DNA of 64,000 nucleotides from Terriglobia bacterium (GTDB lineage Bacteria; Acidobacteriota; Terriglobia; 20CM-2-55-15): NCBI GenBank assembly GCA_963664115.2, contig CAXWPJ010000005.1, positions 256,001 to 320,000 of the forward strand, read 5' to 3'. Shown piece by piece: positions 53,255 to 62,877 of this stretch (position 1 is its first letter; each line of letters starts with the position of its first letter). The notes under the pieces were generated by a model. It saw only the letters and a program-made list of their open reading frames with translations, ran no database searches and was not told where the DNA came from. The position numbers and the translations under genes were made by a program.

Positions 53255-53503
53255 ATGAGAAGAGCGAATGGCGCTTTGTGCCGCATGAACGTGATTCAGA
53301 AACCGGATCCATTCCTGATGGCATTCGGGCGGGGCGATTCCAACATGGACGTCATTTGGAAGTTCAACCTTCCTGCGGCGGAGCGTCTGAAGGTTTTGAA
53401 ATCACTCGACAGGTCTAACATAAATGCGTTCTCGCTGTTTCAGTCTGAAGAAAGCCTTATGGAGACGATGGCTTTTCGAGAGCTAAATTGCTGCAGGCTA
53501 TAG
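53255..53503 (+). pseudogene. C-terminal fragment of an FRG-domain-like protein
   Basis: KFNLP..ER..VLKSLD..NINAFSLF pattern. Confidence 0.5.
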
Positions 53504-53689
53504 TTTCCGGTGAAACCACCAACGAAATCGCAATCAAGAGCACTCCCGGGCTTATCGCTCCGACAATCCTATCTGCACCAGAATCCTCGCTGGGCGATGT
53601 TGCTAACGCCGCCTCCGTCAGCGGTCGAAGGTCTCCTCCAGTCCGGCAATGATCATGATGGTGACCTCCTGGCCACGACGGTCGACCAC

Positions 53690-54265
53690 GACGAACGGTA
53701 TCGTCTCGCCGTCCACACAAAGCGTTACAACAAGCAGATTCCCGGCCATCACGTACAGGTAGACGTCAAGTTTCTCAGCTTTGTCGGGAGGAACAACAGC
53801 CCGATCAAACGTTAACAATACACGGCGATCAACGATGCCACGCGCATCCGTGCCCTAAAGGTTTACCTCCGCCATAATCAGAAAAACGCCATTGGCTTCG
53901 TTGAGCATGTGCTTGAGAAATTCCCGTTTCGTGTGCAGAGCATCCGGACCGACCGCGGGCACGAATTCCAGGCCAAGTTCCACTGGTATGTCGAAGACAA
54001 CGGCATTCGCCATGTCTACATCAAGCCGCGCTCTTCACAGCTCAACGGCAAGGTCGAACGCTCCGATCGGACCGATCAGGAAGAATTCTATCCGTTACTC
54101 GACTACGTCGACGATGTCGATCTGAACAAGAAACTGGCCGAATGGGAACGCTGCTACAACCTCACTCGACCCCATCGCGCCTTCGGTGGCCGAACCCCTT
54201 ATGAGGCACTCCTAGAACCTTTACAATAGCAACATCATTTGTACGACTAGGTCGTGCACATCACA
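53690..54265 (+). pseudogene. IS481-family transposase remnant
   Basis: PGHHVQVDVK, in-frame stop 53813-53815, IRTDRGHEF, NGKVERS; ends ...ACA. Confidence 0.8.
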
Positions 54266-54595
54266 ATCATGAGTCCGACCAGCCTGTGAGTGTCAGCTGA
54301 GAATAGAATTCCTGCTATGGGCAAAGAACCAGGGAAGTTCATGCGCGAGTTCAAATGCGAGTATCACCCATGCGATACCTCGGTTGAACTGTATTCGAAG
54401 GATGACCAGAGATTGACTTGCACAAGCGACCCCCACACCGATGCAGAGTACATGTCGGTCAATGAACCGGCAGTGCTCGCTGCATTTGTCGTGTTCTGTA
54501 GTAAAGAAGGACAAGAGATCTTCCTCCGAGGCTGCACAAACAGCTTGAACGAATAAACACTGTCCTCACCCATTTTGACACGCGGAGAACAATCC

Positions 54596-55825
54596 ATGAC
54601 AAAGCGCCAGATGCCAACACACTATGAGTTGCTTTGGCCAACCCTCAAGGCATTGGAAGAACGGGGTGGTTCCGCCTCCATTCAGGAGCTTTCCGAGCGG
54701 GTGGCCGCGGATCTGGCGCTACCCGACGAGATTTTGGCTGTTCTGTACAAAGACGGCACACAATCCCAATTTGATCGTCTCGCTTCCAAGGCGCGATCCC
54801 GTCTCAAGTTTGTCCGTGCCATCGACGATATATCGAGAGATATTTGGACGATCACAGAAGTTGGGCGAAGAATTAATACGGAGCAGGAAATACTTGAGCT
54901 AGTCCGCATGAAACGCAAGATTGGCGATTTCTTTCGGAATACGCTTGGCGCCAACCTGACTAACCCACGATGGTCGTGGGGTGCCTACAATCCCGACACG
55001 AACCAGTTATTTTTACGGGTGTGGGCGGACGACATCGATAGAAGCGACGAGGAGAGCAGCGACCGCGTTCTCGTCTTGGGGGCACATTGGAAGCGTAAAT
55101 CTCCCGGCTTACCTGAACGTAAACGGCACATGGAGGAGTTGCGAAACGATGCGGAAGGCTACGGTGTTGTATGTGAGGCGAAGAATCCACGGCCACTCCT
55201 GCCCCGGTCGATCGCGGGCTTCAACCACGGGGTTTTACTGAAGTTTGGTGAGCTTATTGAAGACGACAATGGTGTCTATGCGCGGATTATTGATCGGGTG
55301 CCAGTGGCAGAGATCGCGGCAATCCGCACCGCGTATAAATCCCTTGTGCCCGACCTGAAGTCGATCCTGGCAGGACGTGCAGATACTACAACAAAGGAGG
55401 CCCTGACCCACGCCCGGGTTGGTCAGGGTAGATTTAGAAGTGAGGTGATGAAACTCTGGGGTTCCCGGTGCTGCGTGACCGGGTCGAAAATCCGCGATGC
55501 GATCCGTGCGTCACACATCAAGCCATGGCGGAGCTCTACTGACCAGGAACGACTCGATCCGAATAACGGTCTTCCACTCATTGCTACGCTGGACGCACTC
55601 TTCGATGCGGGGCTTATCACTTTTGAATCGGGCGGTACGCTGCTGATTTCAAAGCGAGTGGATGCTGGCGAAAGGAATCGCCTTGGACTGACAGCACGTA
55701 AACTCGAACGGAAACCGAGTGGTCAAACTGCGAAATATCTTGCATATCATCGACAGCACGTATTTGTCGGTGCTAAAGGCGTGGATGCGAACGAGACGCG
55801 CTACCCTATGCCTCGGGGGCTCTAA
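54596..55825 (+). CDS. Mrr_N winged-helix + central domain + HNH endonuclease (type IV restriction-like)
   Basis: MPT..ELLWPTLKAL..GGS N-terminus; RVGQGRFR, CCVTG, ASHIKPW, LDPNNGLPL, DALFDAGLITF. Confidence 0.82.
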   Translation: MTKRQMPTHYELLWPTLKALEERGGSASIQELSERVAADLALPDEILAVLYKDGTQSQFDRLASKARSRLKFVRAIDDISRDIWTITEVGRRINTEQEILELVRMKRKIGDFFRNTLGANLTNPRWSWGAYNPDTNQLFLRVWADDIDRSDEESSDRVLVLGAHWKRKSPGLPERKRHMEELRNDAEGYGVVCEAKNPRPLLPRSIAGFNHGVLLKFGELIEDDNGVYARIIDRVPVAEIAAIRTAYKSLVPDLKSILAGRADTTTKEALTHARVGQGRFRSEVMKLWGSRCCVTGSKIRDAIRASHIKPWRSSTDQERLDPNNGLPLIATLDALFDAGLITFESGGTLLISKRVDAGERNRLGLTARKLERKPSGQTAKYLAYHRQHVFVGAKGVDANETRYPMPRGL

Positions 55826-56206
55826 ACTGCGCGATTCACAGACATGGTTCCAATCTGGCCCCCCAAGTGGTTTCCCCTGAAATGCTCACCGACCGACTCA
55901 ATATTCAGTTCTGAAACGACAATTAGATTCCCCGTTCTGAACTGAACGGTGAACTCGCCGCCGAGCCAGCCGGGAGTGTTTGTTTCATTCCATGCTTACC
56001 CGATGTTGCGATTGGATTACCTCGAGTACACACCGCTGATCCCACCATGTTGACTGCCGCACTAGAATCACGAACACCATCAGGGTTACATCTGAAGAGC
56101 AGCAGTCGCGCCGCGGAATCCGTGCCGACAAGGATCTGGACTGTTGGTCCGTTAGGGGGGGAGAGGCCGCTGCCGCCGTGCTTGCGACATCATAAAGGAT
56201 GCCGGC

Positions 56207-56740
56207 TCAACCGGTCGATGCAACACATGCATTAAATGTTTCTGCCGGAGTTGCGAACTCCAGCGTCTTGCGTGGCCGCTCGTTGAGTTGCCGAGCAACC
56301 GCGTCCAAATGTTCCTGTGAGTGTAGCGACAGATTCGTCCTTTTGGGAAAGTAGTATCGAAGCAGACCATTGGTGTTCTCATTCGATCCGCGCTGCCATG
56401 GACTCCGTGGGTCGCAGAAATAGACGGCAATGTTTGTCGCCAGGGTAAACCGCTTGTGATCCGCCATTTCCAGACCGCGATCCCAGGTCAGTGATTTGTA
56501 GAGTTGCGTCGGTAGTTGATGCGCCTGTTCGATGAGCGCGTTGACAACAGTTTCGGTCTTCTTGTTGGGAACCTTCGCCAGCATCACATAACGCGAGTGA
56601 CGTTCGACCAGAGTGGCGATGTAGGTGTGCCTCGATCCGGCGATCAGATCCCCTTCCCAGTGACCGGGGACCGCACGATCTTCGACTGAAGCCGGGCGCT
56701 CACGGATCGAGATCATGTCTTCGATCTGTCCCTTTCCATA
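56207..56740 (-). pseudogene. IS30-family transposase 3' half, truncated by IS5
   Basis: GHWEGDLI, TLVER, SLTWDRGLEM, PWQRGSNENTNGLLR, LNERPRKTL. Confidence 0.9.
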
Positions 56741-57842
56741 ACCTTGTTGCATGGATCATCCCGAAGGATGCCTTATCATCGTGTTTTTCAACACAGGGGA
56801 TAACCTGGATGCCACATAAGTTCAACGCAGCGCGACGGCACAAGTTTGATAAGGCGCAGTACCGGGTGATCAACTGGGCAGAATATAACGAGAGCCTGCG
56901 CCAGCGGGGTGATCTGACGATTTGGGTCAGTGATGAGGCTCAAAGTGTGTGGAGCGCGCCGCGCCGCACGTCACGGGGTGGCCAGTGGAGATACTCGGAT
57001 CTGGCGATCGAGACATGCCTGACGCTGCGCACGGCGTATCGGCTGGGGTTGCGACAGACTCAGGGACTTATGGGATCCATCGGCACGCTCATGGGGCTGG
57101 ATATACGGGTGCCGGATTACTCCACACTGTCGCGTCGTGCAAACGGCTTGAGCATCGCTCAGGCGGTGAGGCAAGCCGGGTCTGTGCCTGTCCATCGGGT
57201 GGTGGACAGTACCGGCCTCAAGATCTTCGGAGAAGGAGAATGGCTCGCGCAGAAGCATAAAACCAGGGGAATACGCCGCCGCTGGCGCAAACTCCACCTC
57301 GGACTGGACCTGGCCAGCGGTGCGATTGTTTGCGCCAATCTGACTCACGATGACGCTGGAGACAGCACCGCCTTACCCGGGCTCCTGGATCAACTCGATG
57401 CCCCTGTCACGGGCTTTCTGGCGGACGGTGCCTATGATGGAGCGTCCACACGGGATCTGCTGAGGGAACGGTATGGGGAGACCCTGGATGTGGTTATACC
57501 GCCGCCAAAGAACGCAGTGACCCGACCGCAATCGGCGCGGGATCCAACCGTTAGGGATCGCCATATTGCCCAGATCCGCAGCAACGGCCGCATGGCCTGG
57601 CAGGCGGCCACAGGGTACAACCAGCGCAGCCGGATAGAAACGCAGATCGGCCGTTGGAAGGGTGTCATCGGCCCCAAGCTCAAATCCCGCAGCTTCTCCA
57701 GGCAGATCACGGAAATCAAGGTCGGCCAGAAAGTTCTGAACACAATGACCGCACTCGGACGGCCTGTGTTCGAACGCATCGCCTGACGCTACCGCTTGGG
57801 AAAGGGCGGATTCCATCTCCGCCCCGATCCATGCAACAACGC
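56741..57842 (+). mobile_element. IS5-family (IS903-like) element, transposase 56809-57786
   Basis: IR core TTGTTGCATGGATC at both ends; NWAEYNESLRQRGDL, PDYSTLSRR, VDSTGLK, ADGAYD. Confidence 0.88.
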
Positions 57843-57848
57843 TCTCCA

Positions 57849-58670
57849 TCACGGGATGCTCCTGCACGCCACGACATTGTGGGCGGTCAGAGTGAAGCTG
57901 GCCTCGATCCTGTAACCGGCCCTTGTCAGATGGGCGCTCAGTTCATCCAAGGTCATCAGTTCCCGGTAGCCCCAGTTCAGTTCGTCCGAAAAAGCGCGAT
58001 AGAAGAGGCGTACGGCCAGGCAGTCGCGGGGACAGCTACTGATTTGAAGGCCTCCGGGCTTCAGGAATCCCCTGAAAAGGTCGAGTACGGTGGGTTTCGC
58101 CGCGTCTTCGTAGTGCTCGATCAGGCCCCAATCGATTCCAACATCGAAACCCGCCGGTCTTTCCACGGCGAAGAAATCCTGCCGAAGGTATTCAATCCTG
58201 GACAGGTCGCGGCGCAGGACGATCCAGGGATCCTTCCATCCGCGGGGCGCCCGCACGCGAACCATGGCGGGGGCTTTCATAAAACGTTCGTAGGCCACGA
58301 GATCCCTGTCGATCAGAAGGACCTTGCCGCCACTGCCGAACAAGGCCTGGATCATAGCCGCTTCCCAGCCGGCTTCCGCGCCAAAGAACACGATGTCGGG
58401 GTTCGGACGAATGTCCATTCGAGAAAAAGCGCGTATCTTGCCCCTGAAGTCCAGAATCGAGTTACGCTTCTGCTGGGCGCAGGCAAGGGCAAGTCGCAGA
58501 AGCCGGCGCGACAGGCCGAAGGATGTCCCCTCGTTGACGCGCCGCCAGTCCGATGCCAGAAGTCGATCGAGGCGTTCGTTGAATGCCGTCCAGTCCATTG
58601 CTCCGTTCCTGGCGGGATCGGCAACATTCCGGGGATTGAACTCCCGCGCGAGTGGCAGCGTTCGCCGCAT
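57849..58670 (-). CDS. Class I SAM-dependent methyltransferase
   Basis: FFGAEAG motif I, LLIDRD, QDFF, FDVGIDWGLIEH, LKPGG; start estimated. Confidence 0.75.
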   Translation of the reverse strand: MRRTLPLAREFNPRNVADPARNGAMDWTAFNERLDRLLASDWRRVNEGTSFGLSRRLLRLALACAQQKRNSILDFRGKIRAFSRMDIRPNPDIVFFGAEAGWEAAMIQALFGSGGKVLLIDRDLVAYERFMKAPAMVRVRAPRGWKDPWIVLRRDLSRIEYLRQDFFAVERPAGFDVGIDWGLIEHYEDAAKPTVLDLFRGFLKPGGLQISSCPRDCLAVRLFYRAFSDELNWGYRELMTLDELSAHLTRAGYRIEASFTLTAHNVVACRSIP

Positions 58671-58724
58671 GATTCCAACAAGGTAACACTGATGATCTTT
58701 TCCGCCGCGTCGAAGCTTTTCCAC

Positions 58725-59363
58725 ATGAATTCTATCCAGGTCGTCAGTTGGGACGTCGACGGGACCCTGTACTCGACCCGCCGCGCCGCGTGGCATGTGG
58801 GGATGCGCGCAGCGAATGCGGCGATTCGAAGGCGCGGGCTGGACCCAATTCGAGAACTCGCCGAACTGCGGGAACTCTGGCGGCGCGTTGAACGGGCCCG
58901 GGCCGATGCGAGAAATCCGGTCCGAGTCCATGCCGATTCCGGCAGGCGCCGCGAACTCGAGAGCAGATGGTGGGCGCCTGCGATTGCATCTCTGGGTCCA
59001 AGGCCGGGGGTGAAGGCACTGCTCCGCCACTTTCAAGGACGGGTTCGTGCCCAGGTTATCCTCACCGACTACGAGTCGGATTACAAACTGCAAGGCCTGG
59101 GCCTCGAGGAATACTTCGACGCCGTGTACGTCGGTGAGCGTATGGGATTCCTTAAACCGAGTCCGGCGCCGTTCGCAAGGGTACTTGAAGATTTCGGTCT
59201 GGCGCCCGAGTGCATGCTCCATATCGGCGACAGGGTGGACACGGACGGCGCCGGGGCGGCTGCCGCGGGCTGTCCGTCAATCATACTTCGAAAGGACTTT
59301 CGTTCCTTCGGGGAACTCTATACGCTGCTGGCAAGGAACTCCGGCCGTTCGGTAGCCCCGTGA
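58725..59363 (+). CDS. HAD-superfamily hydrolase
   Basis: WDVDGTL, KPSP, HIGDRVDTD motifs. Confidence 0.88.
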   Translation: MNSIQVVSWDVDGTLYSTRRAAWHVGMRAANAAIRRRGLDPIRELAELRELWRRVERARADARNPVRVHADSGRRRELESRWWAPAIASLGPRPGVKALLRHFQGRVRAQVILTDYESDYKLQGLGLEEYFDAVYVGERMGFLKPSPAPFARVLEDFGLAPECMLHIGDRVDTDGAGAAAAGCPSIILRKDFRSFGELYTLLARNSGRSVAP

Positions 59364-59378
59364 ATTCCGTCGCCGGGA

Positions 59379-60131
59379 TTGACGAACGCATTGGGTCAGC
59401 CTGAATTCGAGGCATTCATGAAAGTCATCGTCACTCCCGAAGGGGAACCCATCGCGTTGAAGGATGACGGCACCTGGAAATCCGCCAGGGGCTCTGGATC
59501 CGTGCTCGACCTCTGGAAGGGTCTCGATCCGAACGGGGAAATCGTGCAGATGTTCGCCGGACTCTTCGATCGCGTGATCGTCCATGTCATCGATACCGGC
59601 GAACGGATCGTGTGCGCCCACCACGGGGACCGTATCGAATTCGCCGGTGCCGCCGGGGACGATTCCGCCAGCCTCGCCATCGATATCCACGCGTACCAGG
59701 CGGAACGGTTGGCCGATCGGGTTGCCCGGGGGACCATCGATCCCCTGGAACGCTTCCGGATTGCACGGACCCTGATAGCGGCGCGCCAGACGGGTTCGAA
59801 CAGTCTGCTGCGCAATCCGTTGATGTCGAACAGCAAGCTGCGAAAGATCGTTTCAGGGAAGAACCTCATTCACGTCCTCCTCGCATCCCCCGATCCCGAA
59901 GAGGAAGGAGACGCCCGCTTCAGTTGGTTCTACGTGGACGGGGAGTGGGTCGTCGTGCCGGGGTTCCACGGGACGCCGCAGCGCGCGTTCCGCCTGTCCG
60001 TCGACGATGCGCTGGAACTCCAGAAACAACTCTTCAAGGCCATGAGCGCGGGCGGTCTGATGGATTGGGTCAAGATGGCACAGTGGTACGTCGCCTGGCG
60101 AAAGAAGGTCGAGGTCGCCGTCCAGCCGTGA
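59379..60131 (+). CDS. Hypothetical protein, possibly two SCP2-like lipid-binding lobes
   Basis: Operonic between HAD and desaturase; fold guess from alpha/beta pattern only. Confidence 0.55.
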   Translation: MTNALGQPEFEAFMKVIVTPEGEPIALKDDGTWKSARGSGSVLDLWKGLDPNGEIVQMFAGLFDRVIVHVIDTGERIVCAHHGDRIEFAGAAGDDSASLAIDIHAYQAERLADRVARGTIDPLERFRIARTLIAARQTGSNSLLRNPLMSNSKLRKIVSGKNLIHVLLASPDPEEEGDARFSWFYVDGEWVVVPGFHGTPQRAFRLSVDDALELQKQLFKAMSAGGLMDWVKMAQWYVAWRKKVEVAVQP

Positions 60132-61249
60132 CACCGGAATCGTCCGGGAACCGCAAGGGCCTGACACCGTGCCTGGTCGACGCCCGGTTACGCGAGGCGC
60201 CGCTCTCCCTGGTTGAACTCCGGCGAACTCTCCCCCTTCGGCTGCGGACGCCGAACGTGACTGCGTCCTGGCGTGCCTTGAGTCGTGTCCTCGCAATGGC
60301 TGGAATCTGCCTCGGGCTTCTCAGCCTCCTGGACGTGGAGGGCGGCGTGCCCTTGCTCTGGCAGGCGCCCGCCCTGGCCGGGGTATGGATTTTCTACGGC
60401 TGGGTCCTGGTGGGACTGTTTGCGCTGGGCCACGATTGCGGCCACGGGTCCTTCTCGAACCGGAAGTGGGTCAATACCCTGATTGGACATCTCTGCATGT
60501 CCCCCCTGGGGAACAGTCTGGTCGCGTGGCAAATCACCCACGACCATCACCATCGCCACACGCAGCTTCAAGGCCAGGAAGTCGACTGGTCCGCCAACCT
60601 GAGAACACGTGCGGAGGTTCGGTCATCGTCCGGCCGGCACACGGCTCTGGTGCGGTTGGGGTACCGGCTGCCCTTCGGTATGCTCATCTGGATCGTGTGG
60701 AACACGCTACGCCGCGCCGTCAATCTGCGGTCCATGCTGACCTCCGAGGAGTGGCGGACATGGAAGAAGCCGTTGCGGCGATCCAATCTGTGGATGTGCG
60801 GATCGGTTGTCCTGATCTACGGCGGACTGTGGCTATCGGCCGGGTTCTGGGGCATGCTCAAGTATCATGGCGTGCCGGCGGCGGTCGCGATGCTGACCGG
60901 ATCGTTTATCATCACGATCCAGCATGCGAATTCCCGGAGTCTGATCTACACTGCCGACGGTTGGGAGCCGGCGCGCAGCCAGATGGCTTCCACCTTCGAC
61001 GTTCGATTTCCGAAGTGGGTGGAGTACCTCTGGTGCAATATCAACATTCACATCCCGCATCACGTGGCCCCGGAGATTCCCTGGTACCATCTGCCCGAAT
61101 CCGCGCGCATTCTGTCCGCCGCCCTGCCCGGCAGTTACCTGGAGAGCCGTTTCAGCGTGGAACACCTCGAGTTCTTTTGGCAAACCCCGTTTCTGCAACC
61201 TGTCAAGGACAAGGGATATTTCATCCTGGACCCGGCCGGGTGGGTCTGA
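60128..61249 (+). CDS. Membrane fatty-acid desaturase (delta-12/omega-3-like)
   Basis: His boxes HDCGH, HDHHH, HIPHH, IPWYHL; GTGA overlap with upstream gene. Confidence 0.9.
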   Translation: MTPESSGNRKGLTPCLVDARLREAPLSLVELRRTLPLRLRTPNVTASWRALSRVLAMAGICLGLLSLLDVEGGVPLLWQAPALAGVWIFYGWVLVGLFALGHDCGHGSFSNRKWVNTLIGHLCMSPLGNSLVAWQITHDHHHRHTQLQGQEVDWSANLRTRAEVRSSSGRHTALVRLGYRLPFGMLIWIVWNTLRRAVNLRSMLTSEEWRTWKKPLRRSNLWMCGSVVLIYGGLWLSAGFWGMLKYHGVPAAVAMLTGSFIITIQHANSRSLIYTADGWEPARSQMASTFDVRFPKWVEYLWCNINIHIPHHVAPEIPWYHLPESARILSAALPGSYLESRFSVEHLEFFWQTPFLQPVKDKGYFILDPAGWV

Positions 61250-61290
61250 CGGGGGCGCGCCGTCCCCCTTGTCGTCCTTCCGCTGTCCTT

Positions 61291-62877
61291 TCAAGGTTGA
61301 TCGAGCGACTCCCACAGGCAGGGATACAGCGGTAGAAACTTGAACTGCGCGTCAAGGTCGTGCGGCGCCGGACCGGCGGCCATTCGCCGGCGGAATTCGC
61401 TCGCGTTCATCTGTTGAAACCGGACCGGCCCTAGACGCCGGCTTTCCCTCTTGTTCCGGTACTCCGTGTTCAACTCGGCGAGCAACCGGTCGCACCGTTC
61501 CGTAATTCCCGGCAGTACGCACCCCGGCAACCCGTCGCCGCGAATGAGCGTCAGTTTGTAGTGGGGTATCGGATCCGTATCGGGCTGGGACGGAAAGCAC
61601 GTCAGAAAGTCCGCGCCGTCCATCGCGGGGTAGTCGCCGCGGATCTTCCCGTATGCTTCGGCCAACTGTTCGCCCGTCAGTTTCTCGCCGGTGAAGGAGT
61701 ACCCGAGCCCCCAGCGCCGCAGAAAGCGAAGATCCGGCAATTCTCCCACCCATTCCTTGACCAGAAAGACATCTCCGGTCCGATAACGGCGCGCGCCGTA
61801 CGGGTGGCTGACCACCATCCGGTACGCCTTTCCTTTTCGCAGACGGCTGGCGGGTTGCAGGTTCTCCGGACTCTGCGAGGCGTCGTCATCGAGGAATTCA
61901 TAGAACACGCCAGGCGCCACCGGAAGGAAGGCGATTCCATCCCGGTCGAAATGGGTAATCGTTTCGACGGTTTCCGTCGACATCGAATACATGGGGACCA
62001 GACGATAGCGCGGCGCTGGAAGATAGGTCCGCACACGTTCCAGAAACGGTGCGACATAGCCGCCGGTCCAGGAGACATACGTGTCGACTCCCGGCGCCCA
62101 CTCTTCAATTGGCAGGAATTCGGGGCTGGCCGCGATCCGTTCCAGGCGTTCCCGGCTGCCTCGCGAAACCAGCCGCCGGACGATCCTGTGGATCGGGGCC
62201 GGAAACGTGTGCGATTTGCGCACGTAGTCCCGGACCAGTGCCGAGCTTTCCTGCCAGTTCCGGTTCAGTTCGTCAAGGAACGTCGAGAGCGTCGACGGAT
62301 TGGTGCTGTAGAGGACCCCCGGGTTGGACAAACTCACAATCCACAAGCGAATCGCGCTCGTTGCGTAGCGGTCCCTCAAACCTTGAAGCGCGGGATGCCG
62401 CTCGACGCGATACGGCGCCTGCAAGACCTCGAGCCGGGAAGGGCTCCGCGTTTCTTCCAGAAGCAGCGCGGTCAGGGATTCGTCGTTGTCCAGCGAACCG
62501 AAAACATAAAGGCTCGTCCGGGCGACATCCAGACTCCAGAAACACCGAAGGAATACGTCGATGAAGGTGAACCGGACTTCACGAAGCCGTGCGTTCGTGT
62601 AAGGAATCTCCTTGGGTTGGCCTGTCGATCCGGAAGTCTTCGCCAACCGGGGGCTCCGAGGTCCATGCCGGGCATCGGCCCGGTCTCCGGCCGGCAAGCC
62701 GATACTGTCGGCGAGCGGCGTTGCGCGCCGGATGCAGTATCGTCGTTGAAGCCGTGCCTGGAACGACCCGAAATTACGGATTCGCCAGCGGTGGCGAAGT
62801 TGAAACAGAGCCCCCGCGATACGTAGCGAGATGCCGATGGCGGCCCGAAGCGCATCGTTGATCCAGGCACGCATCAC
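61291..62877 (-). CDS. GH3-family acyl-adenylating amido synthetase
   Basis: KTSGSTGQPKEIP, YSMSTE, FYEF, RYRTGD, GEKL, Y..KR..RL. Confidence 0.8.
   Translation of the reverse strand: MMRAWINDALRAAIGISLRIAGALFQLRHRWRIRNFGSFQARLQRRYCIRRATPLADSIGLPAGDRADARHGPRSPRLAKTSGSTGQPKEIPYTNARLREVRFTFIDVFLRCFWSLDVARTSLYVFGSLDNDESLTALLLEETRSPSRLEVLQAPYRVERHPALQGLRDRYATSAIRLWIVSLSNPGVLYSTNPSTLSTFLDELNRNWQESSALVRDYVRKSHTFPAPIHRIVRRLVSRGSRERLERIAASPEFLPIEEWAPGVDTYVSWTGGYVAPFLERVRTYLPAPRYRLVPMYSMSTETVETITHFDRDGIAFLPVAPGVFYEFLDDDASQSPENLQPASRLRKGKAYRMVVSHPYGARRYRTGDVFLVKEWVGELPDLRFLRRWGLGYSFTGEKLTGEQLAEAYGKIRGDYPAMDGADFLTCFPSQPDTDPIPHYKLTLIRGDGLPGCVLPGITERCDRLLAELNTEYRNKRESRRLGPVRFQQMNASEFRRRMAAGPAPHDLDAQFKFLPLYPCLWESLDQP

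Noticed and set aside
57654-58724. 569-aa and 545-aa extended ORFs for the HAD and desaturase genes
   Set aside because: The extensions overlap real genes in other frames; recognisable domains start at ~58725 and ~60128
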